Positions 12,201 to 25,461 of a stretch of 64,000 bases of DNA are shown piece by piece (within the stretch, counting starts at the first letter, position 1; every line of letters starts with the position of its first letter). Source of the DNA: Somniosus microcephalus (Eukaryota); NCBI GenBank assembly GCA_052327205.1, contig CM126227.1, forward strand, positions 3,844,001-3,908,000, written 5' to 3'. The position numbers were made by a program, and so were the translations under genes. A model generated the notes under the pieces. It did no database searches, was not told the origin of the DNA, and saw only the letters and a list, made by a program, of their open reading frames with translations.

Positions 12201-12857
12201 GCACACACAGAGCCACGCACNNNNNNNNNNNNNNNNNNNNNNNNNNNNNNNNNNNNNNNNNNNNNNNNNNNNNNNNNNNNNNNNNNNNNNNNNNNNNNNN
12301 NNNNNNNNNNNNNNNNNNNNNNNNNNNNNNNNNNNNNNNNNNNNNNNNNNNNNNNNNNNNNNNNNNNNNNNNNNNNNNNNNNNNNNNNNNNNNNNNNNNN
12401 NNNNNNNNNNNNNNNNNNNNNNNNNNNNNNNNNNNNNNNNNNNNNNNNNNNNNNNNNNNNNNNNNNNNNNNNNNNNNNNNNNNNNNNNNNNNNNNNNNAG
12501 AGCCACGCACACACAGAGCCACGCACACACAGAGCCACGCACACACAGAGCCACGCACACACAGAGCCACACACACACACAGAGCCACACACACACAGAG
12601 CCACACACACACAGAGCCACACACACACAGAGCCACGCACACACAGAGCCACACACACACACAGAGCCACACACACACGGAGCCACACACACACAGAGCC
12701 ACACACACACAGAGCCACGCACACACAGAGCCACGCACACACAGAGCCACGCACACACAGAGCCACGCACACACAGAGCCACACACACACAGAGCCACAC
12801 GCACACACAGAGCCACGCACACACAGAGCCACACACACACAGAGCCACGCACACACA
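9258..12857. repeat. 16-bp minisatellite (AGAGCCACGCACACAC)n with N-runs
   Basis: Direct tandem repeats interrupted by eight N-runs. Confidence 0.95.
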
Positions 12858-12999
12858 GTGCTTGCAATGCTCATCAGTCTGTCCTGGTTAAGGGGCTACG
12901 AGTCTCCCAGGAGAAGCTGGGAGGCTCCTCATTTCTACCTGTCAAACTTGTTTTACTCTCTGTTTCTTTACAACATCAAGGAGAAGCCAGAGGCTATCT

Positions 13000-15900
13000 T
13001 CTCTTAGGCAGTCTCTCGGAACCGAGGATGATTTGCTTCCACATTAAAAATGAGTTCTCAGGTGACTGATGAGTCCAATGCGGGACCTACAGTCTCTGTC
13101 ACAGGTGGGGCAGACGGTGGTTGAAGGGGTGGGTGGGGTGCTTGGGTTGACGTGCGCTCCTTGCACTGCCTGCGCTTGGCTTCCGCTTGCTCCTGGCGAA
13201 GAGACTCGAGGTGTTCAGCGCCTTCCCGGATGCTTCTCCTCCACTTTGTGCGGTCTTGGGCCAGGGATTCCCAGGTGTCGGTGGGGATGTTACACTTTTT
13301 CAAGGAAGCTTTGAGGGTGTCCTTGAAGCATTTCCTCTGCCCACCTGGGGCTCTCTTGTCATGTCGGAGCTCCGAGTAGAGCGCTTGTTTTGGGAGTCTC
13401 GTATCGGGCATGCGGACAATGTGACCCGTCCATCGGAGCTGAGCGAGCGTGGTCAAAGCTTTGATGCTGGGGATGTTGGCCTGAGCAAGAACACTGACAT
13501 TGGTGCGCCTATCCTGCCAATGGATTTGCAGGATCTTGCAGAGGCAGTGTTGGTGGTACCTCTCCAGTGCTTTGAGGTGCCTGCTATACATGGTCCATGT
13601 CTCTGAGGCATACAGCAGGGCGGGTATCACTGCTGCTCTGTAGACCATGAGCTTAGTGCCGGGTTTGAGATCCTGGTCTTCAAACACTCGGGTTTGAGAT
13701 CCTGGTCTTCAAACACTCTCTTCCTCAGGCGACCGAAGGCTGCACTGGCACACTGAAGGTGGTGTTGGACTTCGTCGTCAACGTCTGCCCTTGTTGACAG
13801 TAGGCTCCCGAGATATGGACAGTGGCCCACGTTGTCCAAGGCTTTGTCGTGGATTTTGATAATCGGGAGGCAGTACTGTGTGGCGGGGGCAGGTTGGTAG
13901 AGGACCTTTGTCTTACGGATGTTTAGTGTAAGGCCCATGCTCTCGTATGCTTTGGTGAAGGTGTTGACGATGGTTTGGAGTTCGATCTCCGAGTGAGCGC
14001 AGACGCAAGCATCGTCTGCATACTGTAATTCGATGACAGAGGATGGGACGACCTTAGATCTGGACTGGAGGCGATGGAGGTTGAACAGTTTCCCGTTTGT
14101 TCTGTAAATTAGCTCCACTCCAGCGGGGAGCTTACTGAGGGTGAGATGGAGCATTGCATCAAGGAAGATCGAGAAGAGCGTTGGTGCGATGACACAGCCT
14201 TGTTTGACCCCGGTTCATACGTGAATTGGGTCTGTGGTGGAACTATTGGTCAGGATCACGGCTTGCATGTCGTCGTGAAGCAGGTGGAGGATGGTGACAA
14301 ACTTTTGAGGGCAGCCGAATTTGAGGACACTCCATAATCCCTCACGGTTGACAGTGTCGAAGGCCTTTGTGAGATCAAATAAGGCCATGTACAGCGGTTG
14401 GTGCTGTTCCCTGCATTTCTCTTGTAATTGACTTGCGGTGAAGATCATGTCCATTGTGCCCCTTAGTGGGCGGAATCTGCATTGCGACTCTGGGAGGAGC
14501 TCTTTGGCCACTGGGAGAAGGTGATTGAGGAGGATTCTTGCGATGACTTTCCCTGTGGCAGACAGCAGGGAAACTCCTCTGTAATTACTGCAATTGGACT
14601 TGTCACTTTTCTTGAAGATGGTCACAATTACGGCGTCTCTGAGATCCCCTGGCATGCTCTCCTCCTTCCAAATAAGAGAAATTAGTTCATGTATTTGCAC
14701 CAGTAGTGCTTCTCCACCATGTTTTAGCGCCTCGACGGGGATTCCATCTGCTCCTGAGGCCTTGTTGTTCTTCAGTTGTCGGATGGCCCTTTCAACCTCA
14801 TGCCGGGCTGGGGTTGTGCTGAGGTGGTGACGGGTAGCATGCTGTGGGATGGAGTTGAGGACACTCGCGTCGAAGACAGAGTCGCGGTTAAGGAGCTCTT
14901 CGAAGTGCTCCTTCCAGCGGGCACTGACTGCCTCTCTGTCCTTGATGAGTACCTCTCCGTTCTTGGCCCGCAGTGGGAAAGGGCCTTGGGTGCTTGGGCC
15001 GTAGATGGTCTTGACTGCGCTAAAGAATCCACGCATGTCGTGGTTGTTGGCTAGCTGCTGGATCTCCTGCGCTTTCTCCACCCACCATCTGTTCTTTAGG
15101 TCGTGGGGTTTTTGTTGGACCTCGGCCTTCAGGCTTCTGTAGAGCTGCTTTCTTGCTCTCGAGTGCTGTTGCTGTTTCCAGATCAGGAATGCCTTGCGCT
15201 TGCGGCTTATTAGCTCCTGGATCTCCTGGTCGTTCTCGTCGAACCAGTCTTGGTGTTTCCTGGTCGAGTGACCGAGCGTCTCTTCACAGGTGCTGATTAT
15301 GGAGGCCTTGAGTGCAGACCAGGCGCTGTGGGCACTCTGTGTCTCTGCATCACTGAGAGTCATCAGGTTGTTTGTGAGGCGCAGGCTGAATAGGGCTTTC
15401 TTAGCGGGGTCTTTGAGTGCTCCAGTGTTAATTTTCCTGCGGCATTTTTTCTGTTGCCGCCGCTGTTTTGGGGCTACATTGATGGAGATGACAGAGCGGA
15501 TTAGGCGGTGGTCTGCCCAGCAGTCATCAGCTCCTGTCATGGCGCGGGTGATGCGGACGCCCTTGCGGTCCCTTGCTCGGACGATGACGTAGTCCAGCAG
15601 ATGCCAGTGCTTGGAGCGAGGGTGCTGCCATGAAGCCTTGTACTTGTCTCTCTGACGGAACAAGGTGTTGGTTATGACAAGGCCATGTTCTAAGCATTTT
15701 GTCAGGAGGAGGGTACCGTTGGAGTTGGCTTTCCCTACCCTCTCTCTGCCGATCACACCTCCCCAGAGGTCTGTGTCCTTTCCAACTCTGGCGTTAAAGT
15801 CGCCAAGGAGGATCAGCTTGTCGCCCGTTGGGACTCGGGACAGTGATTGTTCGAGGCTGGAGTAGAATTCCTCTTTGGTCTCGTCTGTGGTTTCCAGTGT

Positions 15901-16700
15901 TGGGGCGTACGCACTGATGACCGTAGCGCACTGGTTCTGGGCTAGGGTGAGCCGAAGAGTCATGAGGCGCTTGTTTATATCGCTAGGGGAGTCTCTGAGA
16001 CGCCCAACTAGTTCATTTTTTATGGCGAAGCCTACCCCATGGAGGCGGCATTCTTCTTCAGGTTTGCCTTTCCAGAAGAAGGTGTAGCCACCACTTTGCT
16101 CCTTGAGCTGGCCTTCCCCTGCCTGCCGGGTCTCACTTAGGGCAGCGGTGTCAATGTCGAAACGTCTGAGCTCCCGGGCAACTATAGCAGTACAGCGTTC
16201 CGGTCTGTCACTGTTGGGGTTGTCCATGAGGGTCCTGATGTTCCAGGTCCCGAACTTCATTTTAAAGGGTGGAAGATGCCTGTGCGTGAATTCTTCTAAC
16301 GTGGGGTGGCCGTTGCACACCAACTACCACACGGGCTTGACAGAGCAAGGTCTTGGTCCAATGGCAAGGGGATCCAAGACGATTGGAGACCAGGCTCTGC
16401 TACAACGGCCTAGCACACACACACAAACATACTGCGACTGTCCTCCTCCCTCCTTCCCACAGGTCCTCTCTGCCTGGGTTTCGTAGGATGCATTGTGGTC
16501 CTCCCGACCTCGCTGTTGGTCCGTGCCGCACCTTCCCTGGGCCCCGACCCCGCTGCTGGTCCATGCTGCGCCACTCCTGGGCCTTGACCTCGCTGCTGGG
16601 CTCGTCCTCGCTCCTGGGTCCCAGCCTCGGACATGAATGATGTTGTCTCTCACAGGATCAAATTAGCACTGATATTCTCGCGATCCCTGGCCGCGAGCTC
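13000..16700 (-). mobile_element. RTE-clade LINE, near full length, frameshifted
   Basis: APE endonuclease (KFGTWNIRTL, LLGDFNARVG, DHRL), RT (FDLTKAFDTV, QYADD) and RTE C-terminus (LRWTGHIVRM, WESLAQDRTKWR). The 5' boundary is approximate. Confidence 0.93.
13058..16323 (-). pseudogene. RTE endonuclease/reverse transcriptase split into three ORFs
   Basis: ORFs 14215-16323, 13627-14154 and 13058-13687. One break is caused by a tandem duplication of about 29 bp at 13660-13717. Confidence 0.9.
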
Positions 16701-17663
16701 CACTCGCGATCCACTAGTCACTAGATCACTATACTTCCAAACTCATTTACATAAGTCTTTTCTGCCTCAGGCTCTGCGGTCCAGCTCTCGGTGGCTGGTG
16801 CTATATACACACAGGTACAGGTAACCGCTCAGCCGGTACACCAGGTGGTGCTGTTCTAGGAATCTGCGTCATCTGTAAAGTACTTCAATTGCGACATCCT
16901 TTCTCGTTTTTAATCAACTATTGTCCATCAGGCGTTCAGCCTGACCAGATCAAAACTCTTTGCCTAGCACGAGCTATCGATCGTTACTGAAACACCTCAT
17001 ACACTCCCAGCTCAAAACAATTCAACAAATAAACAATAAGGAATGAAGTCATAGAAAATTTCTCTTAACAGTCCTTCTAGATCTTGTCACAACTCCATGT
17101 GATCTGATTTACCATTGGTTCCGGGACAGAAGTCCCAATTTTACCTGTACGGATATTTCACCCTCTCTTTGCCACAATGTAATTGAATGGCGGAACAGGC
17201 TTGAGGGGCTGAATGGCCGCCTCCTGTTCCTATGTTCCTTTGCTGTGTCTACACTTGGCTTGAGGTAGGCTGTCTAAGCATGACTTCATTGTACCCGTGA
17301 GGTAAACTCTAGCCAGTTCTCTTGTGTCTGCCTTGGATGCCAATAATTGCTCATCGGCACCTGTCCTCCTTCTGTGAGAAGCCATGGGATCTGATGGTTA
17401 CTTGCCTTTCGAAATCTGCTTTCTTCCAGCTACCCTCGTAACCCATCAGCAACCCACATCACATCTCCCTCCATTAAAGCTTTAAGATCTCTGGCTCCGC
17501 TCTTACAGTAACGAGCCCGTCTACATTCTCAGTAAGTTGCCTGTCGTAAGCAGTTCTTTGTGTTCTTGTTCACCACCCTGTGCACAGGCATCTGTCCCAT
17601 TCCCAGTCAAACACAGCCTAACAGAACAGGGTCCCTTCACTTTCTCATTTCAGGTTTGGATGA

Positions 17664-17815
17664 TCTGTTTTAGTGATGTTGGTTGAGGGATAAATATTGG
17701 CCCCTTGACACTGGTGAGAACTCCCCTGCACCTATTTTGTGCCCAAGTCTCTGGAATGGGACTTGAACCCACAACCTTCTGACTCAGTGGCGAGAGAGTG
17801 CCACCCACTGAACCA
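17664..17815 (-). mobile_element. Internally deleted DeuSINE fragment
   Basis: GAGGGATAAATATTGGCC is joined directly to the head sequence GGGACTTGAACCC...CCCACTGA. Confidence 0.65.
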
Positions 17816-17865
17816 TGGAGAATTTATTTACAATCAGAAGACTCACAGAAAAAAAAGATACAGAC

Positions 17866-18093
17866 TGACATAAATCGTGCCATTCATGTAGAAATTACTT
17901 ATGAAATATACTGGGCGGCCGGCTGGTGGCGCTGTCCAGGGAGAGTATAAATACTCGGGCACGGGCCCAGCTTGCTCAGGGACATTTTGTAAACAAGAAC
18001 TAGTGAAGGATAACTAGACTTTCATGTTGTGAAACAGTCGATTAAAGCCTTGTTTAATACTCTGACCAAGTGCCTAGTAGTTTTCTTACGTCA
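17866..18093 (+). mobile_element. Solo LTR, 228 bp, with perfect 5-bp TSD CAGAC
   Basis: CAGAC|TGAC...GTCA|CAGAC, with internal TATAAA and ATTAAA signals. Confidence 0.88.
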
Positions 18094-18174
18094 CAGACCA
18101 ATGCTATTCAGAAGTATATTTGTTAAAAGATCTGTAACAGTCCACAAGGGGCTGATTGATGATTTATTATTAGA

Positions 18175-19341
18175 TGTCAGCTGTGGCTCAGTAGGTAGCT
18201 TGGAGTCAGAAAGTTGTGGGTTCAAGTCCCACTCCAGAGATTTGAGCACAAAATCCAGGCTGACACTCCCAGTGCAGTACTGAGGGAGTGCTGCACTGTC
18301 GGAGGGGCAGTACTGAGGGAGCGCCGCACTGTTGGAGGGGCAGTACTGAGGGAGTGCTGCACTGTCGGAGGGGCAGTACTGAGGGAGTGTCGCACTGTCG
18401 GAGGGGCAGTACTGAGGGAGCGCTGCACTGTCAGAGGGGCAGTACTGAGGGAGCGCCGCACTGTCGGAGGGGCAATACTGAGGGAACGCCGCACTGTCGG
18501 AGGGTCAGTACTGAGGGAGCGCCGCACTGTCGGAGGGGCAGCACTGAGGGAGCGCCGCACTGTCGGAGGGGCAGTACTGAGGGAGCGCTGCACTGTCGGA
18601 GGGGCAGTACTGAGGGAGTGTCGCACTGTCGGAGGGGCAGTACTGAGGGGGCGCCGCACTGTTGGAGGGGCAGTACTGAGGGAGTGCCGCACTGTTGGAG
18701 GGGCAGTACTGAGGGAGCGCCGCACTGTCGGAGGGACAATACTGAGGGAGTGCCACACTGTCGGAGGGGCAGTACTGAGGGAGCACCGCACTGTCGGAGG
18801 GGCAGTACTGAGGGAGTGCCGCACTGTCGGAGGGGCAGTACTGAGGGAGTGCCGCACTGTCGGAGGGGCAGTACTGAGGGAGTGCCGCACTGTAGGAGGG
18901 GCAGTACTGAGGGAGCGCCGTACTGTCGAAGGGGCAGTACTGAGGGAGCGCGGCACTGTCGGAGGGGCAGTACTGAGGGGGCGCCGCACTGTCGGAGGGG
19001 CAGTACTGAGGGAGCGCTGCACTGTTGGAGGGGCAGTACTGAGGGAGCGCCGCACTGTCAGAGGGGCAGTACTGAGGGAGCGCCGCACTGTCGGAGGGAC
19101 AGTACTGAGGGAGCGCCGCACCGTCAGAGGGGCAGTACTGAGGGAGCGCCGCACTGTCGGAGGGACAGTACTGAGGGAGTGCAGCACTGTCGGAGGTGCC
19201 GTCTTTCGGATGAGACGTTAAACCGGGGGCCCGTCTGCCCTCTTAGGTGGACGTAAAAGATCTCACGGCATTATTTTGAAGAAAAGCAGGGAGTCCCAGT
19301 GTCCTGGCCAATATTTATCCCTCAATCAACATCACTAAAAC
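18175..19341 (+). mobile_element. tRNA-derived DeuSINE (SacSINE1-like) with internal 33-bp array at about 18275-19195
   Basis: Order is head with B box GGTTCAAGTCC, then about 28 units, then Deu-like core GTCTTTCGGATGAGACGTTAAACCG...GGTGGACGTAAAAGATC. Confidence 0.85.
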
Positions 19342-19865
19342 TGCTGTATATGTGAGTGTGATTGTGCCAGAGGATTGTAACCACACTGCTCACTTCCTGC
19401 TGGCCCGAGTTGCCTGATGTGTCTCTACATTAGTGGATGAGCTTTCCCAGCGTGAAACCAGTCATTTGCTTTGTCATTAATTACAGCAAAAGCCCCTCGG
19501 AGACCGAGTCCCAGTGAGTGGCCGGTGATTACTCACACGCTCCGCCACAGGTGGTCCGAATCCTTCACCTCCCAGCTCACTGTTGTAAATCCGGGGCTCA
19601 GAAGCACAGGGCTGAAAAATTCCCTCAATAGGGGAACCAGACAAACAGCTCAGAGTCCAACCAACCAGAGCCTGGGACACCTGGTGTGTGAGAGACGTGA
19701 AATCTCTGCGCACGGCACCAATTTTGAAGAGCGCTGCAAGAATATAAAAGCCTCGGTCCGTCTAATATCCACATTTAAAAAGTGAAATGCTGTTTCTTAT
19801 ACTTTACTGCCTTATCCGCTCCTCAAGGCACTGATCGCATGTCAGCCTGCTCCAACACCTTTCTC

Positions 19866-20205
19866 AATAACAACAACTTACATTTATATAGCATGTAACG
19901 TAGTAAAACGTCCCGAGGCGCTTCACGGGAGCATTATCAAACAAAATTTGACAACAAGTGAAATATTAGGGCAGGTGACCAAAAGCTTGGTCAAAGAGGT
20001 AGGATTTAAGGAGCATCTTAAAGGAGGAGAGAGAGGCGGAGAGGTTTAGGGAGGGAATTCCAGAGCTCGGGGTCCAGGCAGCTGAAGGCACGGCCACCAA
20101 TGGTGGAGCGATTAAAATCAGGGATGCACAAGGGGCCAGAATTGGAGGAGTGTAGAGATTTTGAAAGATTGTAGGGCTGGAGGAGGTTACAGAGATAGGG
20201 AAGGG
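19866..20205 (-). mobile_element. L2-like 3' fragment
   Basis: Homologous to 1085-1572. Confidence 0.75.
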
Positions 20206-20721
20206 TGCGCTGGCGTGATATTCAAACAGGGAGGGCCCACAATGTGTCCACACTCTCTCCCTAGCATGGGTTGCCTGTAGTGTACAGGAGTAGCGACCCT
20301 GGACAATCTTACGTCTCCCTTTCCCCGAGATCAACTAACTCTGGGACTACCCTGTGCCTCACGGTCTGTGTGGGGTTTTAGTGTGACATCCCCCGCTGGT
20401 CACTGAGTTAGCACGAACTTTAAATATATAAAAGATCAGAGAGTAATAATGTAAGGAATGGTTTGTTCTGTCTCAGGTCCGTCAGCAATGTGTCAGTGCT
20501 GGGGCGCTCAATAGCTGCCCTGTTAGTGCTGAAATGTAGTTCCATTGTCAGGTTCACCATCTGTATGACAGGAGGAACTGTGAGTGCCGTGTTTTTAACC
20601 TGCACAATGAGGGCGGACAATCCATCAGACCCATGCACTCCCTGACTGACACTTCAGCACTGCCTCTGACAGGCTGGAATCCACCTGCTCCTGTCACACA
20701 GGCACCAGCAGAGATCCTCCT

Positions 20722-23700
20722 ACATAAGAACATAAGAAATAGGAGCAGGAGTAGGCCAATCGGCCCCTCGAGCCTGCTCCGCCATTCAATAAGATCATGG
20801 CTGATCTGATCCTAACCACCAATCCACTATCACAGAACCAGCTCCTGAATCTAACAGAATTAGACACACGAAATAGGAGCAGGATCAGGCTACACGGCCC
20901 CTGGGCCCGCTCCGCTACCCACAGGGCCATGACCGATCCGAACCTAGACTCATGTCCAAATTCCTGCCCGCTCCCCGTAACCCTTAATTCCCTTTACTTC
21001 TAGGAAACTGTCTATTTCTGTTTTAAATTTATGTAATGATGTAGCTTCTACAGCTTTTTGGGGCAGCATATTCCATGGACCTACCACCCTCTGAGTGAAG
21101 TAGTTCCTCCTCATCTCAGTTTTGAAAGAGCAGCCCCTTATTCTAAGACTATGCCCCCTAGTTCTAGTTTCACCCATCATCGGGAACATCTTCCCCGCAT
21201 CCACCCGATCCAGCCCCTTCACAATCTTATATGTTTCAATAAGATCGCCTCTCATTCTTCTGAACTCCAATGAGTAGAGTCCCAATCTACTCAACCTCTC
21301 CTCATATGTCCATCCCCTCATCCCCGGGATTAACCGAGTGAACCTTCTTTGTACTGACTCGAGAGCAAGTATGTCCTTTCTTAAGTATGGACACCAAAAC
21401 TGTACGCAGTATTCCAGGTGCGGTCTCACCAATACCTTGTACAACTGAAGCAATACCTCCCTATTTTTATATTCTATCCCCCTAGCAATTAAAGCCAACA
21501 TTCCATTGGCCTTCTTAATCACTTGCTGCACCTGCATACTAACCTTTTGAGTTTCGTGCACCAGGACCCCCAGATCCCTTTGTACTTCAGTACTTTCCAG
21601 TTTCTTGCCATTAAGATAATAACTTGCTCTACGATTTTTCCTGCCAAAGTGCATAACCTCACACTTTCCAGTATTGTATTCCATCTGCCAAATCTCTGCC
21701 CACTTACTTAGCCTGTCTATGTCCCCTTGAAGGTTTTTTATGTCCTCCTCACTCACTACTTTCCCCCCATCTTAGTATCGTCTGCAAACTTTGATATGTT
21801 ACACTCGGTCCCCTCCTCCAAATCGTTAATATAGATTGTAAAGAGTTGGGGACCCAGCACTGACCCCTGCGGAACACCACTAGTTACTGATTGCCAGTCT
21901 GAGAATGAACCATTTATCCCAACTCTCTGCCTTCTGTTAGATAGCCAATCCTCTATCCATGCCAGAATATTACCCCCAATCCCATGATTTTTTATCTTAA
22001 GCAATAATCTTTTGTGTGGCACCTTGTCAAATGCCTTTTGGAAGTCTAAATACACTACGTCCACTGGTTCCCCTTTATCCACCCTATATGTTACTTCCTC
22101 AAAGAACTCCAGCAAATTTGTCAAACATGACTTCCCCTTCATAAAACCATGCTGACTTTGTCCTATTAAATTATGATTATCCAAATGTCCTGTTACTGTC
22201 TCCTTAATAATGGACTCCAAAATTTTACCTACCACAGATGTTAGGCTAACTGGTCTATAGTTTCCAGCCTTCTGTCTACTGCCCTTTTTAAATAAGGGTG
22301 TTACATTAGCAGTTTTCCAGTCTGCCGGGACCTTTGCCGAGTCCAGGGAGTTTTGGAAAATTATTACCAATGCATCCACAATCCCTACCGCCACTTCCCT
22401 CAAGACCCTAGGATGTAAGCCATCAGGTCCAGGTGATTTATCCGCCTTGAATCCCATTATTTTACCGAGTACCACTTCCTTAGTGATTTTGATCGTGTTT
22501 AGCTCCTCCCCCCCTTTAGCCCCCTGTTTGTCCAGTGTTGGGATATTCTTAGTGTCTTCTACTGTAAAGACTGATATTAAATATTCATTCAGTGTTTTTG
22601 CCATCTCCATATTTCCCACCATTAATTTCCCGGTCTCATCCTCTAAGGGACCAACATTTACTTTAGCCACCCTTTTTCTTTTTATATAAGTATAAAAACT
22701 CTTACTATCTGTTTTTATATTTTTTGCTAATTTACTTTCATAATCTATCTTCCCTTTCTTAATCAATATTTTTGTTATTTTTTGCTGTCTTTTAAAGTTT
22801 TCCCAATCCTCTATCCTCCCACTAGATTTGGCTACCTTATATGCCCTTGTTTTTAGTCGAATACTATCCTTAATTTCTTTACTTAGCCACGGATGGCTGT
22901 CTTTTCTTTTACACCCTTTTCTTCTCAGTGGAATATATATTTTTTGGAAGTTGTAAAATAACTCCTTAAATGTACACCACTGATCATGTATCGTCTTACC
23001 CTTTAATCTATTTCCCCAATCCACTCTACTCAATTCCGCTCTCATACCTTCATAGTCTCCTTTATTCAAGCTTAGCACGCTTGTTTGAGATCCAACCTTC
23101 TCACCCTCTAATTGAATATGGAATTCAACCATGTTATGGTCACTCATTCCAAGGGGATCCTTTACTAGGACATTTTTAATTAATCCTGTCTCGTTACACA
23201 GGACCAGATCTAAGGTTGCTTGCCCCCTGGTCGGTTCAGTTACATACTGCTCAAGAAACCCATCCCTAATACACTCAATGAACTCATCCTCAAGGCAGCC
23301 CTGCCCAATTTGATTTGTCCAATTAATATGATAGTTAAAATCCCCCATAATTATAGATGTTCCCTTATTACAAGCCTCAACTATTTCCTGATTGATACTC
23401 CGTCCAACAGAGTTGCCACTGTTCGGAGGCCTATAGACTACGTCCACTAGTGTTTTTTTCCCCTTATTATTCCTTACCTCCACCCAAACTGTTTCATTAT
23501 CCTGATCTTTTGACCCAATATCATTTCTCTGTATTACAGTGATTCCTTCCTTTATTAACATAGCCACCCCACCTCCCCTTCCTTCCTGCCTGTCCTTCCT
23601 GATCGTTAAATAACCTGGTATGTTTAATTCCCAGGCATTGTCACCCTGCAGCCATGTTTCTGTAATGGCCACAAGATCATACCCATATGTAGTTATTTGT

Positions 23701-23925
23701 GCCATTAACTCATCTATTTTGTTACGAATGCTACGTGCATTCAGATAGAGAACTTTCAAAGATGTTTTGTGACACTTAGTTCCTGCTTTTGCCCTTTTTA
23801 TTACTTTACCTTTTACTCCATACCTTCTGCCCCTTCCTGACACGCTCTGGTTTTTAATTTCCCCACTGCTACCTAAGTCTATGACCTTCTCTGTTGTCAT
23901 TTTTATTATTTGCTCTCTAGGTTCT
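20722..23925 (-). mobile_element. CR1 LINE with complete ORF2 region; ORF1 absent
   Basis: APE (YLNARSI, AITETWL, VYRPP, MGDFN, SDH), RT ([31 protein letters not shown]), C-terminus and 3'UTR. Confidence 0.96.
20950..23899 (-). pseudogene. CR1 ORF2 (endonuclease-RT) with a single frameshift near 21756
   Basis: ORF 21756-23899 continues as ORF 20950-21756 in another frame. No other stops. Confidence 0.9.
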
Positions 23926-25461
23926 AGAGACACACGCAACACACAGAGACACACGGAACACACAGAGACACATACAACACACAGAGACACACGGAACACA
24001 CAGAGACACACGCAACACAGAGAGACACACGCAACACACAGAGACGCATACAACACACAGAGACACACAGAGACACATACAACACACAGAGACACACGGA
24101 ACACACAGAGACACATACAACACACAGAGACACACGGAACACACAGAGACACATACAACACACAGAGACACACGCAACACACAGAGACACACAGAGACAC
24201 ACGCAACACAGAGAGACACACGCAACACACAGGGACACGCGCAACACAGAGACACACGCAACACAGAGACACACGCAACACACAGAGACACACGCAACGC
24301 ACAGGGACACACACAACACACACAACCCACAGGGACACACAGAGACACATGCAACACACAGAGACACACGCAACACACAGAGACACACGCAACACACAGA
24401 GACACATGCAACACACAGAGACATGGAGACACATGCAACACACACACAGAGACACACGCAACACAGAGACACACGCAACACACAGGGACACGCGCAACAC
24501 AGAGACACACGCAACACAGAGACACACGCAACACACAGAGACACACGCAACGCACAGGGACACACACAACACACACAACCCACAGGGACACACAGAGACA
24601 CATGCAACACACAGAGACACACGCAACACACAGACACACGCAACACACAGAGACACATGCAACACACAGAGACACACGCAACACACAGAGACACACGCAA
24701 CACACAGAGACACACAACACACAGACACACAACACACAGGGACACACACAACACACAGGGACACATGCAACACACAGAGACACACACAACACACAGAGAC
24801 ACACACAACACACAGACACACGCAGCACACAGAGACACACGCAGCACACAGACACACACAGCACACAGAGACACACGCAACACAGAGACACACGCAACAC
24901 AGAGACACACGCAACACAGAGACACATGCAACACACAGAGACACACACGCAACACACAGAGACACACAATGACACATGCAACACACAGGGACACACACAA
25001 CACACAGGGACACATGCAACACAGAGACACACGAAACACAGAGACACACGCAACACAGACACACGTAACACAGACACACGCAACACACACACACGCAACA
25101 CACAGAGACACATACAACACACAGGGACACACACAACACGCGGACACACGCAACAGAGAGACACACGCAAACGCACAGGGACACACGCAACACACAGAGG
25201 CACATGCATCAGAGACACACGCAACAATCAGAGACACACGCAACAGACACACGCAACACAGAGACACACGCAACACACAGAGACACACGCAACAGACACA
25301 CGCAACACAGAGACACACGCAACACACAGAGACACACGCAACACAGAGGCACACACAACAATCAGACACACGCAACACACAGAGACACAGGCAACACACA
25401 GAGACACAGGCAACACACAGGGACACATACACGCAACACACAGAGGCACACGCATACACAC
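23926..25461. repeat. Complex CA-rich minisatellite (~18-20 bp, GAGACACACGCAACACACA-like)
   Basis: Degenerate tandem units abutting the CR1 5' end. Confidence 0.93.

Noticed and set aside
8891-13069. ORFs of 1200-1300 aa on both strands
   Set aside because: They arise from the 16-bp repeat and N-runs; only the CR1 tail portion is real coding relic.
23900-25205. Cys-rich N-terminal extension of the 1149-aa CR1 ORF
   Set aside because: Chance in-frame read-through of the adjacent CA-rich minisatellite.
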